Below, piece after piece: positions 52,273 to 62,493 of a stretch of 64,000 nucleotides of DNA. A program made the position numbers and the translations under genes. The number at the start of each line of letters is the position of its first letter. The stretch's first letter is position 1. The stretch spans positions 69,686 through 133,685 of the forward strand of contig JAPOYL010000011.1 in assembly GCA_026706595.1 (NCBI GenBank). The letters run 5' to 3'. This stretch comes from Gammaproteobacteria bacterium. Lineage in GTDB: Bacteria; Pseudomonadota; Gammaproteobacteria; UBA4575. The notes beneath the pieces are model-generated. The model did not search any database. It saw nothing but the letters and a program-made list of their open reading frames with translations, and was not told the origin of the DNA.

Positions 52273-53071
52273 TTTTTTCGTTCGCGCACTCTTAGTGGCC
52301 GCCGGCGTGGGCTGTGTTGCCGGACCGCTTGGCTGCTTTTTGCTGTGGCGCAGGATGGCCTATTTTGGGGATACCATGGCACATTCTGCCCTGCTGGGCG
52401 TAGCGCTTGGGATGGTCCTCGGCAGTTCACCGGTTCTCGGGGTTTTTACCATTGTAATTGTGACTGCATTGTCTTTGCTGTTTCTGCAAAGAGCAGTCCA
52501 TCTCGCCAGTGACACCCTGCTGGGACTGCTCTCGCATACAGCCTTGGCCTTGGGAGTGGTGGTGCTTGCCATCTCCGGTTCAGCAAACGGGCATAGCCTC
52601 TTGGGTTACCTATTCGGTGATGTACTGGCCGTGACCCGTATGGACCTTGCCATGGTCTGGGTCGGGGGGCTTATTTGCCTCGCAGTACTGGCTTACATTT
52701 GGCGCCCGCTGGTCGCGCTCACCGTGCACGAGGACCTGGCTCGTGCAGAAGGCAGTCCGGTTGAACGCTGCCAGATCATCTACATGATTCTGATGGCCGG
52801 AGCCGTGGCAGCCGGCATGAAGGTGGTTGGTGTACTGCTGGTGGTGGCCATGCTCATCATCCCGGCTGCGGCAGCCCAATCCCTGTCCCGCACACCGGAG
52901 CAGATGGCGGTACTTGCTGCCATCATCGGTATCATTTCAGGAGGCGGTGGCCTGTATGGCTCACTGGTACTGGATACTCCCTCCGGTCCGTCGATCGTGG
53001 TGATGGCAGGAATTCTTTTCCTGATCAGCCTGTTGATCCAGCCCATCAGCCGGGCGCTGGAATCTGCCTAA
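52262..53071 (+). CDS. znuB: zinc ABC transporter permease ZnuB
   Basis: ABC-3 family permease with 8 TM helices. Overlaps the znuC stop. Confidence 0.88.
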   Translation: MLDDFFVRALLVAAGVGCVAGPLGCFLLWRRMAYFGDTMAHSALLGVALGMVLGSSPVLGVFTIVIVTALSLLFLQRAVHLASDTLLGLLSHTALALGVVVLAISGSANGHSLLGYLFGDVLAVTRMDLAMVWVGGLICLAVLAYIWRPLVALTVHEDLARAEGSPVERCQIIYMILMAGAVAAGMKVVGVLLVVAMLIIPAAAAQSLSRTPEQMAVLAAIIGIISGGGGLYGSLVLDTPSGPSIVVMAGILFLISLLIQPISRALESA

Positions 53072-53153
53072 GTCAGATTATCTTGTTTTAAATCCTTGTC
53101 GGTGTTTGCGCTGTACCTGCAAAACCAGGTATTCATCAATTGCAGCAAGCCGA

Positions 53154-53456
53154 TCAGGCAGCAATCGGCCGGGCTTTTGCGATTCGTGCCTTTCGTTTTG
53201 GAGTGTGCAGAGCCTTCCATAACTCGTTTCGCTGTTGCAGGTTTAACCAGAAATCAACTGTGTTTCCAAAGACTGTCGCAAGCATCAACGCGGTATCTAC
53301 CGTGACAGCACGGCGGTTGGTACATAGCTCGTTGACAGTTTTTCGACTCACACCCATCGCTTCTGCCAGCTGTCCTTGGGTCAATTCCATAGGTATGAGG
53401 AACTCCTCGGTAATCATTTCACCCACGCTGACGGGTTGCCGTTTTGTGATATTCAT
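53154..53456 (-). CDS. higA: HigA-family antitoxin (XRE HTH)
   Basis: EEFLIPMELTQGQLAEAMGVSRKTVNELCTNRRAVTVDTALMLATVFGNTVDFWLNLQ matches HigA/VapI antidotes. Lies downstream of the toxin gene. Confidence 0.85.
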   Translation of the reverse strand: MNITKRQPVSVGEMITEEFLIPMELTQGQLAEAMGVSRKTVNELCTNRRAVTVDTALMLATVFGNTVDFWLNLQQRNELWKALHTPKRKARIAKARPIAA

Positions 53457-53480
53457 AGCCTGCCTCACCGGTAATCATGG

Positions 53481-53762
53481 TTATCCAGATAGATGTACAT
53501 GAGCCTCACCACGTTCATCCGACCAGGAAAACACCAGTCGCCATTGTTTATTGACGCGTATCGAGTGCTTACCAGCCAAATTTCCTCTCAACTTTTCAAG
53601 GCGGTTACTTGGCGGTGATCGCAAGTCGAGCTCACAGGTCGCATCATCAATCAATTGCAGCTTGCGGAAAAGCCGGTCTTCAATATCAGCAGGTATTTTC
53701 CTACTCGCTTTATTCTGCAGATAAAAGATATGCAGCCATCGTTCCCGAAAACTGTGGATCAA
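53481..53762 (-). CDS. higB: HigB-family toxin (RelE/ParE superfamily mRNA interferase)
   Basis: 93 aa. ...DLRSPPSNRLEKLRGNLAGKHSIRVNKQWRLVF matches HigB. Toxin-first gene order. Confidence 0.85.
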   Translation of the reverse strand: MIHSFRERWLHIFYLQNKASRKIPADIEDRLFRKLQLIDDATCELDLRSPPSNRLEKLRGNLAGKHSIRVNKQWRLVFSWSDERGEAHVHLSG

Positions 53763-53867
53763 AAGTGACCTCCTTCAATACGTAACATTGTGATGCACAT
53801 GGTTACTCTTAGCAAGCAAAAAAACTGGTCAGGCAATCAGCTTGAGTTCTGGGGTTATTGAATGGCT

Positions 53868-54719
53868 TCAGTCGGGGGTTGGGCGGACTTGGCTTGGACG
53901 CGCATCAAACTCTATCTGCTCTGTACCATGATATACGAGAAAGGCACGCCCCTTGGCGCGCGCGATCATGACGATACCCAGGTCACGAGCCAGTTCCAGG
54001 CCCATGTGAGTGACTCCCGAGCGCGACAGTAGCACTGGAATACCCATGTGTGCAGATTTCATGATCATCTCGGAGGTCAGGCGACCGGTGGTGTAGAAAA
54101 TCTTATCCGCACCTGTAACGTGCTCAAGCCACATCCAGCCCGAGATGGCATCTGCAGCATTATGTCTGCCCACGTCTTCAACGAATTTCAGGATTTCAGT
54201 GTCGTGGCAAAGTGCACAGCCATGTACAGCACCTGCCCGCTTGTAAATTTCATTGAAGCGGGTGATGGCTGTTAGCAAGTCATAGATTTTCGACTGCTTC
54301 AGGGCCACCTTCGGCAGTTGCACGTCGTACAGCTTGTCCAGGGTGCAACTGAAGACCGTGCCCTGTCCGCAGCCTGAAGTTACCGTCCGTTTGCTCAGTT
54401 TTTCCTCCCAGTCGGTGATTTCCCGGCCCTCACAGGTCATGATCTCGACGGTTTCCCGCTCCCAGTCCACCTCGACCGAGGCAATGTCGGAAATATCTTC
54501 CAGCAGACGCTGGTTACGCAGGTAGCCGAGCGCGAGCTCTTCCGGATGGGTGCCCAGGGTCATCAGTGTCACGAGCTCGCGGCCGTTCACTTTCAGGGTC
54601 AGTGGGGACTCTCCTGCGACCTGTACCTCGCGCTGCTCATGAAACTGGTTGGTGACGGTCACCGCATGCGTGGGCGCAAGTCCCTGCCGTGACATCTTGG
54701 GTCGGTAATGCAGGTTCAT
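53868..54719 (-). CDS. fdhD: formate dehydrogenase accessory sulfurtransferase FdhD
   Basis: FdhD/NarQ family motifs (TTGRLTSEMIMKSAHMGIPVLLSRSG, conserved Cys in SGCG). Confidence 0.75.
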   Translation of the reverse strand: MNLHYRPKMSRQGLAPTHAVTVTNQFHEQREVQVAGESPLTLKVNGRELVTLMTLGTHPEELALGYLRNQRLLEDISDIASVEVDWERETVEIMTCEGREITDWEEKLSKRTVTSGCGQGTVFSCTLDKLYDVQLPKVALKQSKIYDLLTAITRFNEIYKRAGAVHGCALCHDTEILKFVEDVGRHNAADAISGWMWLEHVTGADKIFYTTGRLTSEMIMKSAHMGIPVLLSRSGVTHMGLELARDLGIVMIARAKGRAFLVYHGTEQIEFDARPSQVRPTPD

Positions 54720-54723
54720 CGCA

Positions 54724-56076
54724 CTAGGCAATGTGTCCAACCGCTTCACCCAACTGGCGGACCGCAATCACTTCCAGCCCAGGCAACCGGGTCTTGGGCT
54801 GATTGGCCTCGGGGATAATCGCTTTGGTCACACCGTGCTCCCGTGCCTCCTTTAGGCGGGTCAGGCCGTTATAGACCGGGCGAACCTCACCCGTCAGTCC
54901 GATCTCACCAAAGGCTGCAAGCCCGCGATCCAGTGTGCGGTTTTTGAAACTGGAGTAGGTCGCCAGCAGCACCGCGAGGTCAGCTCCTGTCTCCTTCAAC
55001 TGGACGCCGCCGACGATGTTCACGAACACATCCTTGTCATAGATATCGACGCCTCCATGCCTGTGCAGTATTGCAAGCAGCATGGTCAGCCGGTTCTGGT
55101 CAATCCCGATCGCCACTCGCCTCGGATGGGTTGCTGGAGTGTCCTCCACCAGGGCCTGCACTTCCAGCAACAAGGGCCGGGTGGCCTCACAGGTTACGGT
55201 GATCACGCTGCCGGGAGCCGTGTTTGCGTGGCGCGACAAAAAGATGGCTGATGGGTTTTTGACACCCTTCAGGCCGGTATCCTGCATCACGAAGACCCCC
55301 AGTTCGTTGACTGCCCCGAAGCGGTTCTTGGCTGCCCTCAACACGCGGTAACGCCCGCCATCGTCACCTTCGAAATACAGCACCGTATCCACGACGTGCT
55401 CAAGCACCCGCGGTCCGGCAATCGAGCCTTCCTTGGTGACGTGGCCAATCATGAAAACCGTGGTATCGGTTTGCTTGGCGAACTGGGTGACGCGGTTGGC
55501 ACATTCTCTGACCTGGGAAATAGAACCGGCGGCCGAAGGAGTTTTCTCAGAGGCCAGCGACTGGATCGAGTCGATGACCATAATGCTCGGGCGTTCCCGC
55601 ATGGCACAGGCCAGAATCTCTTCAAGACGGGTAGAGGCCAGCACACGCAGCGGTGCATTCTTGTAGCCTAGCCGCTCTGCACGCAGGGCCACCTGCTGCA
55701 GGGACTCTTCGCCCGTCACGTACAGGGCGCGCTGGTGATCCAGGGCGCACAGGACCTGCAGCAGAAGGGTTGATTTGCCGATGCCGGGATTTCCTCCGAC
55801 CAGCACCACGGAGCCCGTAACAATTCCACCGCCCAGCACCCGGTCGAGTTCCGCAAGTGTAGTGGCCGTGCGGTCCTGCGACTCGAAGGAAATTTCGCTG
55901 ACGGTCTGAATTTCAGCAACATCCCCGGCATGCAACAGCGAGATGGCCTTGTTTTGCCTGAGCACGGCAGACTGCTTCTCGATCGTGTTCCAGGCCCCGC
56001 AGCTGGGGCACTGGCCTGTCCACTTGGTGAAAAGACCAGTGCATTCCGTACAGACAAAACTTGATTCCTTGGCCAT
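54724..56076 (-). CDS. radA: DNA repair protein RadA/Sms
   Basis: N-terminal C4 zinc finger (CTEC...CPSCGAW), RecA-like Walker A GNPGIGKST, KNRFG motif, and a C-terminal Lon-protease-like domain. Confidence 0.95.
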   Translation of the reverse strand: MAKESSFVCTECTGLFTKWTGQCPSCGAWNTIEKQSAVLRQNKAISLLHAGDVAEIQTVSEISFESQDRTATTLAELDRVLGGGIVTGSVVLVGGNPGIGKSTLLLQVLCALDHQRALYVTGEESLQQVALRAERLGYKNAPLRVLASTRLEEILACAMRERPSIMVIDSIQSLASEKTPSAAGSISQVRECANRVTQFAKQTDTTVFMIGHVTKEGSIAGPRVLEHVVDTVLYFEGDDGGRYRVLRAAKNRFGAVNELGVFVMQDTGLKGVKNPSAIFLSRHANTAPGSVITVTCEATRPLLLEVQALVEDTPATHPRRVAIGIDQNRLTMLLAILHRHGGVDIYDKDVFVNIVGGVQLKETGADLAVLLATYSSFKNRTLDRGLAAFGEIGLTGEVRPVYNGLTRLKEAREHGVTKAIIPEANQPKTRLPGLEVIAVRQLGEAVGHIA

Positions 56077-56134
56077 TTGGGTATTGTACCCGAGAGGTGA
56101 GGGCAACTCTTGGCCGAGCTGCTGGAGTCCAGGC

Positions 56135-57412
56135 CTAGACTGCCTCAGGATGCTTGCGCAGTTGCGGGCTGATCCTGGCCGTGCGGACCGCATTCTTGTG
56201 AATGCGCACGACTTCGATCGGGTAGCCGTCGATCAGCACGGTAGTGCCCGGTTCAGGAATGGATTCCATCTGTTCCAGAATCAGGCCATTGATGGTCTTG
56301 GGCCCGTGATCATGCAGTTCCAGGTTAAGCGCCTTGTTGACGTCCCGGATATGTGTGCCACCGTCCACGAAGTACGTGCCATCCTGCTGGGGATGAATCT
56401 CGACATCGTAGGTGGCGGGATCATTGGTGAACTCGCCGACAATCTCCTCGAGCAGGTCTTCCAGCGTGACCAGCCCCTGGATATCCCCGAATTCGTCCAC
56501 CACTAGGCTGGACCTTCGTTTTTTGTCTTGCAGTTCGAACAGCAATTTTTTCAGATTGGTGCCTTCCGGGATGAAATACGGCTCGCGTAACGCCTGCTCC
56601 AGGTCCTCGAGTTCGATCTCCTTGTGGATGACGTTGATGAACAGCTTGCGAACATGCAGGAAGCCGACCACATTGTCGATGTTGCCACGGCAGACAGGGA
56701 TTCGTGTATAGGAAATATTCTTCAGCTGCGAGACGATTTCTTCCCAGTCATCCTCAAGGTCGAGCGCGACAATCTCGTTTTTCGGAATCATGATGTCCTC
56801 CACCGTGGTTTTTTCCAGGTCAAGAACCCCCAACAGCATCTGCTGGTGTTCACTGGAGATGGAGGTGTGCTCATCATCCACCACGGTGCGCAATTCCTCG
56901 TGGCTGAGCGAGTTGAGGGTGCTGTCCTTGACTTCGATGCCGAACGCCCGCAGCAGGGTGTTGGCAAACAGGTTCACGGTCCAGACGAAGGGGTACGTTA
57001 CGGCAAGCAACGGCACGTAGACTACCGCCGCCGGCAATGCCAGTTTTTCTGCATGCAGTGCCGCTACCGTTTTCGGGGTCAGTTCGGCAAAGATCAGGAT
57101 CACAAAGATCAGGATGAAAGTGGCGACCGCAATGCCGATATCGCCGTGCAGGCGATAACCGATGTAGGCGGACAGCTGGGCAATCAGGATGTTGACCACA
57201 TTGTTGCCGAGCAGGATCAGGCCAATGAGGCGGTCAGGTTTTTCGAGCAGCTTTTGCGCCTGCTTTGCACCGCGGCGTCCGGTGCGGACCATGTGCCGGA
57301 GGCGATAGCGATCCAGCGCCATCAATGCCGTTTCCGAGCCTGAAAAAAATGCGGAGAGGATAAATAGAATAAACAACACCGAAAACAGTGTGCCTATCGA
57401 GAAATCGTCCAA
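56135..57412 (-). CDS. HlyC/CorC-family transporter (DUF21-CBS pair-CorC_HlyC)
   Basis: N-terminal DUF21 TM domain, tandem CBS domains, and a C-terminal transporter-associated domain. Confidence 0.8.
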   Translation of the reverse strand: MDDFSIGTLFSVLFILFILSAFFSGSETALMALDRYRLRHMVRTGRRGAKQAQKLLEKPDRLIGLILLGNNVVNILIAQLSAYIGYRLHGDIGIAVATFILIFVILIFAELTPKTVAALHAEKLALPAAVVYVPLLAVTYPFVWTVNLFANTLLRAFGIEVKDSTLNSLSHEELRTVVDDEHTSISSEHQQMLLGVLDLEKTTVEDIMIPKNEIVALDLEDDWEEIVSQLKNISYTRIPVCRGNIDNVVGFLHVRKLFINVIHKEIELEDLEQALREPYFIPEGTNLKKLLFELQDKKRRSSLVVDEFGDIQGLVTLEDLLEEIVGEFTNDPATYDVEIHPQQDGTYFVDGGTHIRDVNKALNLELHDHGPKTINGLILEQMESIPEPGTTVLIDGYPIEVVRIHKNAVRTARISPQLRKHPEAV

Positions 57413-57472
57413 GGTCTACGCGACCCTCCGGTAATAAAGATACCTACATTAACGGCTGTAGCGCTGAAATTG

Positions 57473-58300
57473 TCAAGTAACCGGGATAGAAATCGCACGC
57501 TGCAGGATCAATTCCAGGACGAACTTGCTGCCGAGGTAGGCCAGAAACAAGAACCCGAAGCCACCCAGGGTCCAGCGCATGGCCATGGATCCCCGCCAGC
57601 CAAACTGCCAGCGACCCCAGAGCAACAGTGCAAATACCATCCATGCCAGAACCGACAGGACGGTCTTGTGCACCACATGCTGTTCAAACATGTCTTCCAG
57701 AAACAGGAATCCGCTGACGAGCGCAATACTCAGCAGCAAAAACCCGACACCAATGGTCTGGAACAGGAATTTCTCCGTATCGTGCAGTGGTCCCAGCGCA
57801 CGTGTCATGCCACCCAGCTGATGCTTGCGCAGGTGCCGGTCCTGGGCATACAGCAGGATGGACTGCAGGGCGGATATTGCCAAAACACTGAAGGCGAACA
57901 ATGAGGCGACGATGTGCAACTGCAGGCCATGCAGATTGAGCGCAGAGGCCGCGATTTCGGGCCTGTAGATGGTCAATGCAATGCTGGTCACGACAATGGG
58001 CAACACCAGCAGGCCAAGAAGTTCTGCCTTGCGGGCCGTGGACAGGACCAGCACCAGGACCGCAATGATGAAGAACAGGATGGACACCGCATTGTAGAAC
58101 GTCAGGTTGAGACCCTGTGCGGTGAAGGTCTGCGGGTACAGGTACGCAGCATGCAGGAAGCATGCAACTCCCCAGACGGTCAGCATCAGGCTGCGGTTGC
58201 CGTCATGCTCGCTTTCGCTCAACTTGTATGTGCGCCACAGGATCACCACAAAGGTCAGGGCGTAAAATGCGATCGCTGCAAACTTCAATAGGCTTGACAT
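57473..58300 (-). CDS. inner membrane protein YpjD-like (cytochrome c assembly CcsA-like family)
   Basis: About 8 TM helices. Conserved divergent arrangement with ffh. Confidence 0.65.
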   Translation of the reverse strand: MSSLLKFAAIAFYALTFVVILWRTYKLSESEHDGNRSLMLTVWGVACFLHAAYLYPQTFTAQGLNLTFYNAVSILFFIIAVLVLVLSTARKAELLGLLVLPIVVTSIALTIYRPEIAASALNLHGLQLHIVASLFAFSVLAISALQSILLYAQDRHLRKHQLGGMTRALGPLHDTEKFLFQTIGVGFLLLSIALVSGFLFLEDMFEQHVVHKTVLSVLAWMVFALLLWGRWQFGWRGSMAMRWTLGGFGFLFLAYLGSKFVLELILQRAISIPVT

Positions 58301-58443
58301 GGCCGGTACATGAACAGGTAAACCTGGAAAATTGTCTTCATACGCAATCCCTGAAAAAGGTCGTGGCGTTTTTCCACTATACTATGCAACAGGCAAAATG
58401 CTACACATGGCAGCTTGGCTGAACCTGGAGGTTTCAGACACGC

Positions 58444-59802
58444 ATGTTTGAGAATTTAACCGGCCGACTTGGCGGAACCGTAAAGAAACTGCGCGGACAG
58501 GCGCGCCTGAGCGAGGAAAATATCCAGGGGACGCTGCGTGAAGTCCGAATGGCCCTGCTCGAGGCGGACGTGGCTTTGCCCGTGGTGCGTGGATTCATTG
58601 ACCGCGTCAAGCAAAAAGCGCTGGGCAAGGAGGTTCTGCAAAGCCTTTCTCCCGGTCAGTCCTTCATCAAGGTCGTTCATGATGAACTGATCCACCTCAT
58701 GGGGGATGCCAACGAGGAACTCACCTTGGCGGCACAGCCCCCGGTGGTGATCCTGGTCGCGGGCCTGCAGGGATCGGGCAAGACGACCAGCGTGGCCAAG
58801 CTCTCCCGCTGGCTGAGCGAGCAGCGAAAAAAGAGCGTTGCAGTGACAAGCTGTGACGTGTACCGGCCTGCAGCGATTGACCAGCTGGAGACGCTGGCAC
58901 AGCAGGTGGGTGCCGAGTTCATACCGAGCGAAACCTCGGAGAAACCTGTCGAGATTGCCCGCCGCGCCGTGGACCATGTCCGCAAACAGTTCAGGGATGT
59001 CTTGCTGATCGATACGGCGGGTCGCCTGCATGTCGATGACGACATGATGCAGGAAATCAGCGCCCTGCATGAAGCCGTGCAACCCACGGAAACCCTGTTC
59101 GTGGTGGACAGCATGAGCGGTCAGGATGCTGCGGTCTCGGCCCAGGCATTCAACGATGCCCTGCCGCTCACGGGTGTGGTCCTAACCAAGACCGACGGGG
59201 ATGCGCGCGGAGGGGCTGCCTTGTCCGTGCGGGAAGTCACAGGCAAGCCGATCAAGTTTTTGGGCACGGGTGAAAAAGTCACCGCACTCGAACCCTTTTA
59301 CCCGGAGCGTATCGCCTCGCGCATCCTGGGCATGGGCGATGTCGTAAGTCTGGTCGAGAAGGTTGAGCAGGAAGTCGACCAGGCACAGGCCCACAAACTT
59401 GCCAAGAAAATCAAAAAGGGGAAAGGCTTTGATCTGGTCGACCTGAAACAGCAGCTTGAGCAGATGATGAACATGGGCGGTCTGACCAACCTGGTCGACA
59501 AGATCCCCAGCACGGCGGGCATGTTGCCCAAAAATGCCAAGGCGCTGGCGGACGAGAAGATGCTGCCGCGCATGATTGCCATCATCTCTTCGATGACCCC
59601 CCATGAGCGCCGTTTTCCGGACGTGATCAAGAATACGCGAAAGCGCAGGATCGCTGCCGGCTCCGGCACCCAGATACAGGACGTTAACCGCCTGCTGAAA
59701 CAGCACATGCAGATGAAGAAAATGATGAAGAAAGTTTCCAGAAAAGGAGGACTGCAGAGAATGATGCAGTCCATACAGGGCAAGGCCCCTCCTCCCCACT
59801 AG
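58444..59802 (+). CDS. ffh: signal recognition particle protein Ffh
   Basis: N and G domains (GLQGSGKTT, DTAGR) and a Met-rich M domain. Confidence 0.97.
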   Translation: MFENLTGRLGGTVKKLRGQARLSEENIQGTLREVRMALLEADVALPVVRGFIDRVKQKALGKEVLQSLSPGQSFIKVVHDELIHLMGDANEELTLAAQPPVVILVAGLQGSGKTTSVAKLSRWLSEQRKKSVAVTSCDVYRPAAIDQLETLAQQVGAEFIPSETSEKPVEIARRAVDHVRKQFRDVLLIDTAGRLHVDDDMMQEISALHEAVQPTETLFVVDSMSGQDAAVSAQAFNDALPLTGVVLTKTDGDARGGAALSVREVTGKPIKFLGTGEKVTALEPFYPERIASRILGMGDVVSLVEKVEQEVDQAQAHKLAKKIKKGKGFDLVDLKQQLEQMMNMGGLTNLVDKIPSTAGMLPKNAKALADEKMLPRMIAIISSMTPHERRFPDVIKNTRKRRIAAGSGTQIQDVNRLLKQHMQMKKMMKKVSRKGGLQRMMQSIQGKAPPPH

Positions 59803-59895
59803 GCGTGCTCGCTGCAGGGGAGGAGAGGTTCGGCTTTCTTTTCGGACTAAATTGCGTACAATGCACGGTCTTCTGACACGTACTGGACAATATTT

Positions 59896-60147
59896 GTGGT
59901 AACGATTCGACTGTCCCGGGGCGGAGCCAAGAAACGCCCTTTTTACAACATTGTGGTCACCGATTCCCGCAAGCGCAGGGATAGTGGATATATCGAGCGC
60001 ATCGGCTATTTCAATCCAGTCGCCAAGGGCCAGGAAATCGGTTTCTTTATTGAAGCCGAGCGCTACGAGCACTGGCTGGGGCATGGCGCGCAGCCGAGTG
60101 AGCGCGTGGCAAACCTGGTCAAGCAGCACCTCAAACAGGCGGTATAG
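59896..60147 (+). CDS. rpsP: 30S ribosomal protein S16
   Basis: [21 protein letters not shown]... Confidence 0.97.
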   Translation: MVTIRLSRGGAKKRPFYNIVVTDSRKRRDSGYIERIGYFNPVAKGQEIGFFIEAERYEHWLGHGAQPSERVANLVKQHLKQAV

Positions 60148-60172
60148 CAGGAGCCGCGACCCGTTCGGGAAG

Positions 60173-60691
60173 TTGGGCCAGCATCCAGGTATCCAGGTAG
60201 GCTACGTACAGGGAGCCTTTGGGATAAAAGGCTGGCTCAGGATTCATTCCTTTTGTCGCCCCAAAGAGCAGATCCTTGAATATGCCTCGTGGGATTTGCG
60301 CATGGGCCATCTCGAGAATTCCTATCAACCGGACCAGGGCAGGCTGCATGGCCATGGAGTGGTCGTGCATTTGTCGGGGATTGACACGCGCACCCAGGCC
60401 GAGGCCCTCAAACGCGCCCAGATCTGGGTGTCGACCGTGCAGTTGCCGTCATTGCCCGCCGGCGAGTATTACTGGTACCAGCTCATTGGGCTTGATGTGA
60501 AAACGGTGGCTGGGCAGGGGCTGGGGAGAATCGAGCGCCTGATGGAAACGGGTACGCATGACGTGCTTGTGGTCAAGGACGGTGACAGCGGGACGGAAGT
60601 ACTGATCCCTTATCTGCCGGGAGATGTGGTGAAAGAAGTCGATCTTGAGCACAAGCGGATGACGGTGGACTGGCTGCTTGAATACAGCTAG
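60173..60691 (+). CDS. rimM: ribosome maturation factor RimM
   Basis: GAFGIKGWLRIHS, PRC barrel. Start codon uncertain: a TTG at 60173 is chosen and no in-frame ATG/GTG lies near. Confidence 0.8.
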   Translation: MGQHPGIQVGYVQGAFGIKGWLRIHSFCRPKEQILEYASWDLRMGHLENSYQPDQGRLHGHGVVVHLSGIDTRTQAEALKRAQIWVSTVQLPSLPAGEYYWYQLIGLDVKTVAGQGLGRIERLMETGTHDVLVVKDGDSGTEVLIPYLPGDVVKEVDLEHKRMTVDWLLEYS

Positions 60692-60700
60692 AAGGTTTCA

Positions 60701-61444
60701 ATGATGCGGATCCGGATTATCACCCTGTTTCCCGAGATGGTTCTGAACCTGGCCCGCTTCGGGGTCATCGGCCGTGCCATCGAGGGTGGCCTGGTGGAAC
60801 TGGATACATTGAACCCGAGTGATTATTCCACGGACCCCCATGGCCGTGTCGATGACCGGCCTTACGGGGGCGGCCCGGGCATGGTGATGCGCTATGAGCC
60901 ACTGCAAAAGGCAATTCACCGGGCCCGTGACAATGAACCGGACAGCCATGTCGTGTGCCTGTCCGCACAGGGCAAGCTGTTCGAGCAAAAGGATGTGGCT
61001 CGCCTGCTCGCCTATACCAATCTTGTGCTCGTGGCAGGCCGCTATGAGGGTATCGATGAAAGGCTGGTGGAAGCCGAGACAGATGAAGAGCTCTCGGTGG
61101 GCGATTTTGTTGTCAGTGGCGGAGAGTTGCCGGCCATGCTGCTGGTGGATGCCCTGATCCGGCATGTGCCTGGTGCCTTGGGCCACGAGGAATCGGCTCG
61201 ACAGGATTCCTTTGTTGACGGGATGCTCGATTGCCCGCATTATACGCGCCCGGGGAAGATTGATGGCCGCGAGGTCCCGGAGGTGCTGCTTCAGGGGGAT
61301 CATCAAGCCATCGAGCGCTGGCGGCAAAAACAGGCACTGGGCCGCACTTGCCTGCGCAGGCCGGATGTATTTGCCAAGCTGGACCTCAGCGAGGAGCAAA
61401 AAGCCCTGCTGGAAGAGTACCTGCAGGAGCACGGAATTCAATGA
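60701..61444 (+). CDS. trmD: tRNA (guanine37-N1)-methyltransferase TrmD
   Basis: SPOUT-fold TrmD motifs (RYEGIDERL, SGGELPAM). Confidence 0.96.
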   Translation: MMRIRIITLFPEMVLNLARFGVIGRAIEGGLVELDTLNPSDYSTDPHGRVDDRPYGGGPGMVMRYEPLQKAIHRARDNEPDSHVVCLSAQGKLFEQKDVARLLAYTNLVLVAGRYEGIDERLVEAETDEELSVGDFVVSGGELPAMLLVDALIRHVPGALGHEESARQDSFVDGMLDCPHYTRPGKIDGREVPEVLLQGDHQAIERWRQKQALGRTCLRRPDVFAKLDLSEEQKALLEEYLQEHGIQ

Positions 61445-61466
61445 ATACCTAAGGTAAGAGGCAGTC

Positions 61467-61811
61467 ATGACCAACATCATCGAAGAGCTGAACCGAGAGC
61501 AGCTCAAGCAAGACATTCCGGAATTCAATCCCGGTGATACCGTGGTGGTGCAGGTCAAGGTCAGGGAGGGAAACCGCCAGCGTCTGCAGGCTTTTGAAGG
61601 GGTGGTCATTGCAAAGCGCAATCGCGGAATCAACTCGGCGTTCACCGTGAGGAAGCTTTCCCATGGAGAAGGGGTCGAACGCACCTTTCAAACGCACAGC
61701 CCCCAGATTGCGGGCATCAAGGTGAAGCGCAGGGGCAAGGTGAGGCGTGCCAAGCTGTACTACCTGCGGGGCAGGACCGGCAAGGCCGCCCGAATCAAGG
61801 AAAAAATCTAG
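61467..61811 (+). CDS. rplS: 50S ribosomal protein L19
   Basis: [28 protein letters not shown]... Confidence 0.97.
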   Translation: MTNIIEELNREQLKQDIPEFNPGDTVVVQVKVREGNRQRLQAFEGVVIAKRNRGINSAFTVRKLSHGEGVERTFQTHSPQIAGIKVKRRGKVRRAKLYYLRGRTGKAARIKEKI

Positions 61812-61890
61812 TCCTCTCCAGCATTCGGAGAATCTCCATCCCCGCTATAAGGGAGACTGCGGGCACTAACGAACGAACCCCACCCGGTGG

Positions 61891-61917
61891 TTTTGGCTCG
61901 AAACCGTTTCGGTTTTG
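61891..61917 (+). terminator. candidate rho-independent terminator after rplS
   Basis: CGAAACCGtttCGGTTTTG hairpin followed by a T-rich run. Confidence 0.45.
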
Positions 61918-61988
61918 CGTGCCCACGAAAGCGTGCTCCTGAAATAATGTACGCCCGCCCACGGACACGGGTAAAATCAGCCATTCCA

Positions 61989-62459
61989 ATGAGAAAAACG
62001 ATCTTAGCCACCCCGATTGGAAACCTTGTCGTGGAATACGAAGGTGATTTCGTGCTGGCTGTACGGGCAACGGACGCGGGTGTGCTCGCGGCCCGGGACG
62101 CCTTTGCCAGGGAGGTACAAAAACAGCTGAAAGCCTGGTTCGCGGGACGGCTGAAGAAGTTTGACATCCCATTCCTGTTTCCGGATGCGACCGACTTTCA
62201 GATGCGTGTCTGGGACCAGATTACGAGGATTCCGTTTGGTGACACGCAGACGTATGGAGAGATCGCCCGGAAAATAAAATCCGGTCCTCGGGCTGTGGGC
62301 GGCGCCTGCCGGTGCAATGACCTGCTGCTGATTGTTCCCTGCCACCGCGTGGTTGCAGTGACCGGCCTGGGGGGATTCATGGGCGACAGGGATGGCAGCC
62401 TGGTACGTCGCAAGCAGTGGTTGCTTGAGCACGAACAAAAGTGTCAGCACGGGTGCTGA
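61989..62459 (+). CDS. ogt: methylated-DNA--protein-cysteine methyltransferase
   Basis: Active-site motif IVPCHRVV and the HTH TYGEIA. Track ORF is 5'-extended. Confidence 0.85.
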   Translation: MRKTILATPIGNLVVEYEGDFVLAVRATDAGVLAARDAFAREVQKQLKAWFAGRLKKFDIPFLFPDATDFQMRVWDQITRIPFGDTQTYGEIARKIKSGPRAVGGACRCNDLLLIVPCHRVVAVTGLGGFMGDRDGSLVRRKQWLLEHEQKCQHGC

Positions 62460-62493
62460 GGCAGGCCCCTGTCGGCTCTCAATTGCTTAAGTC

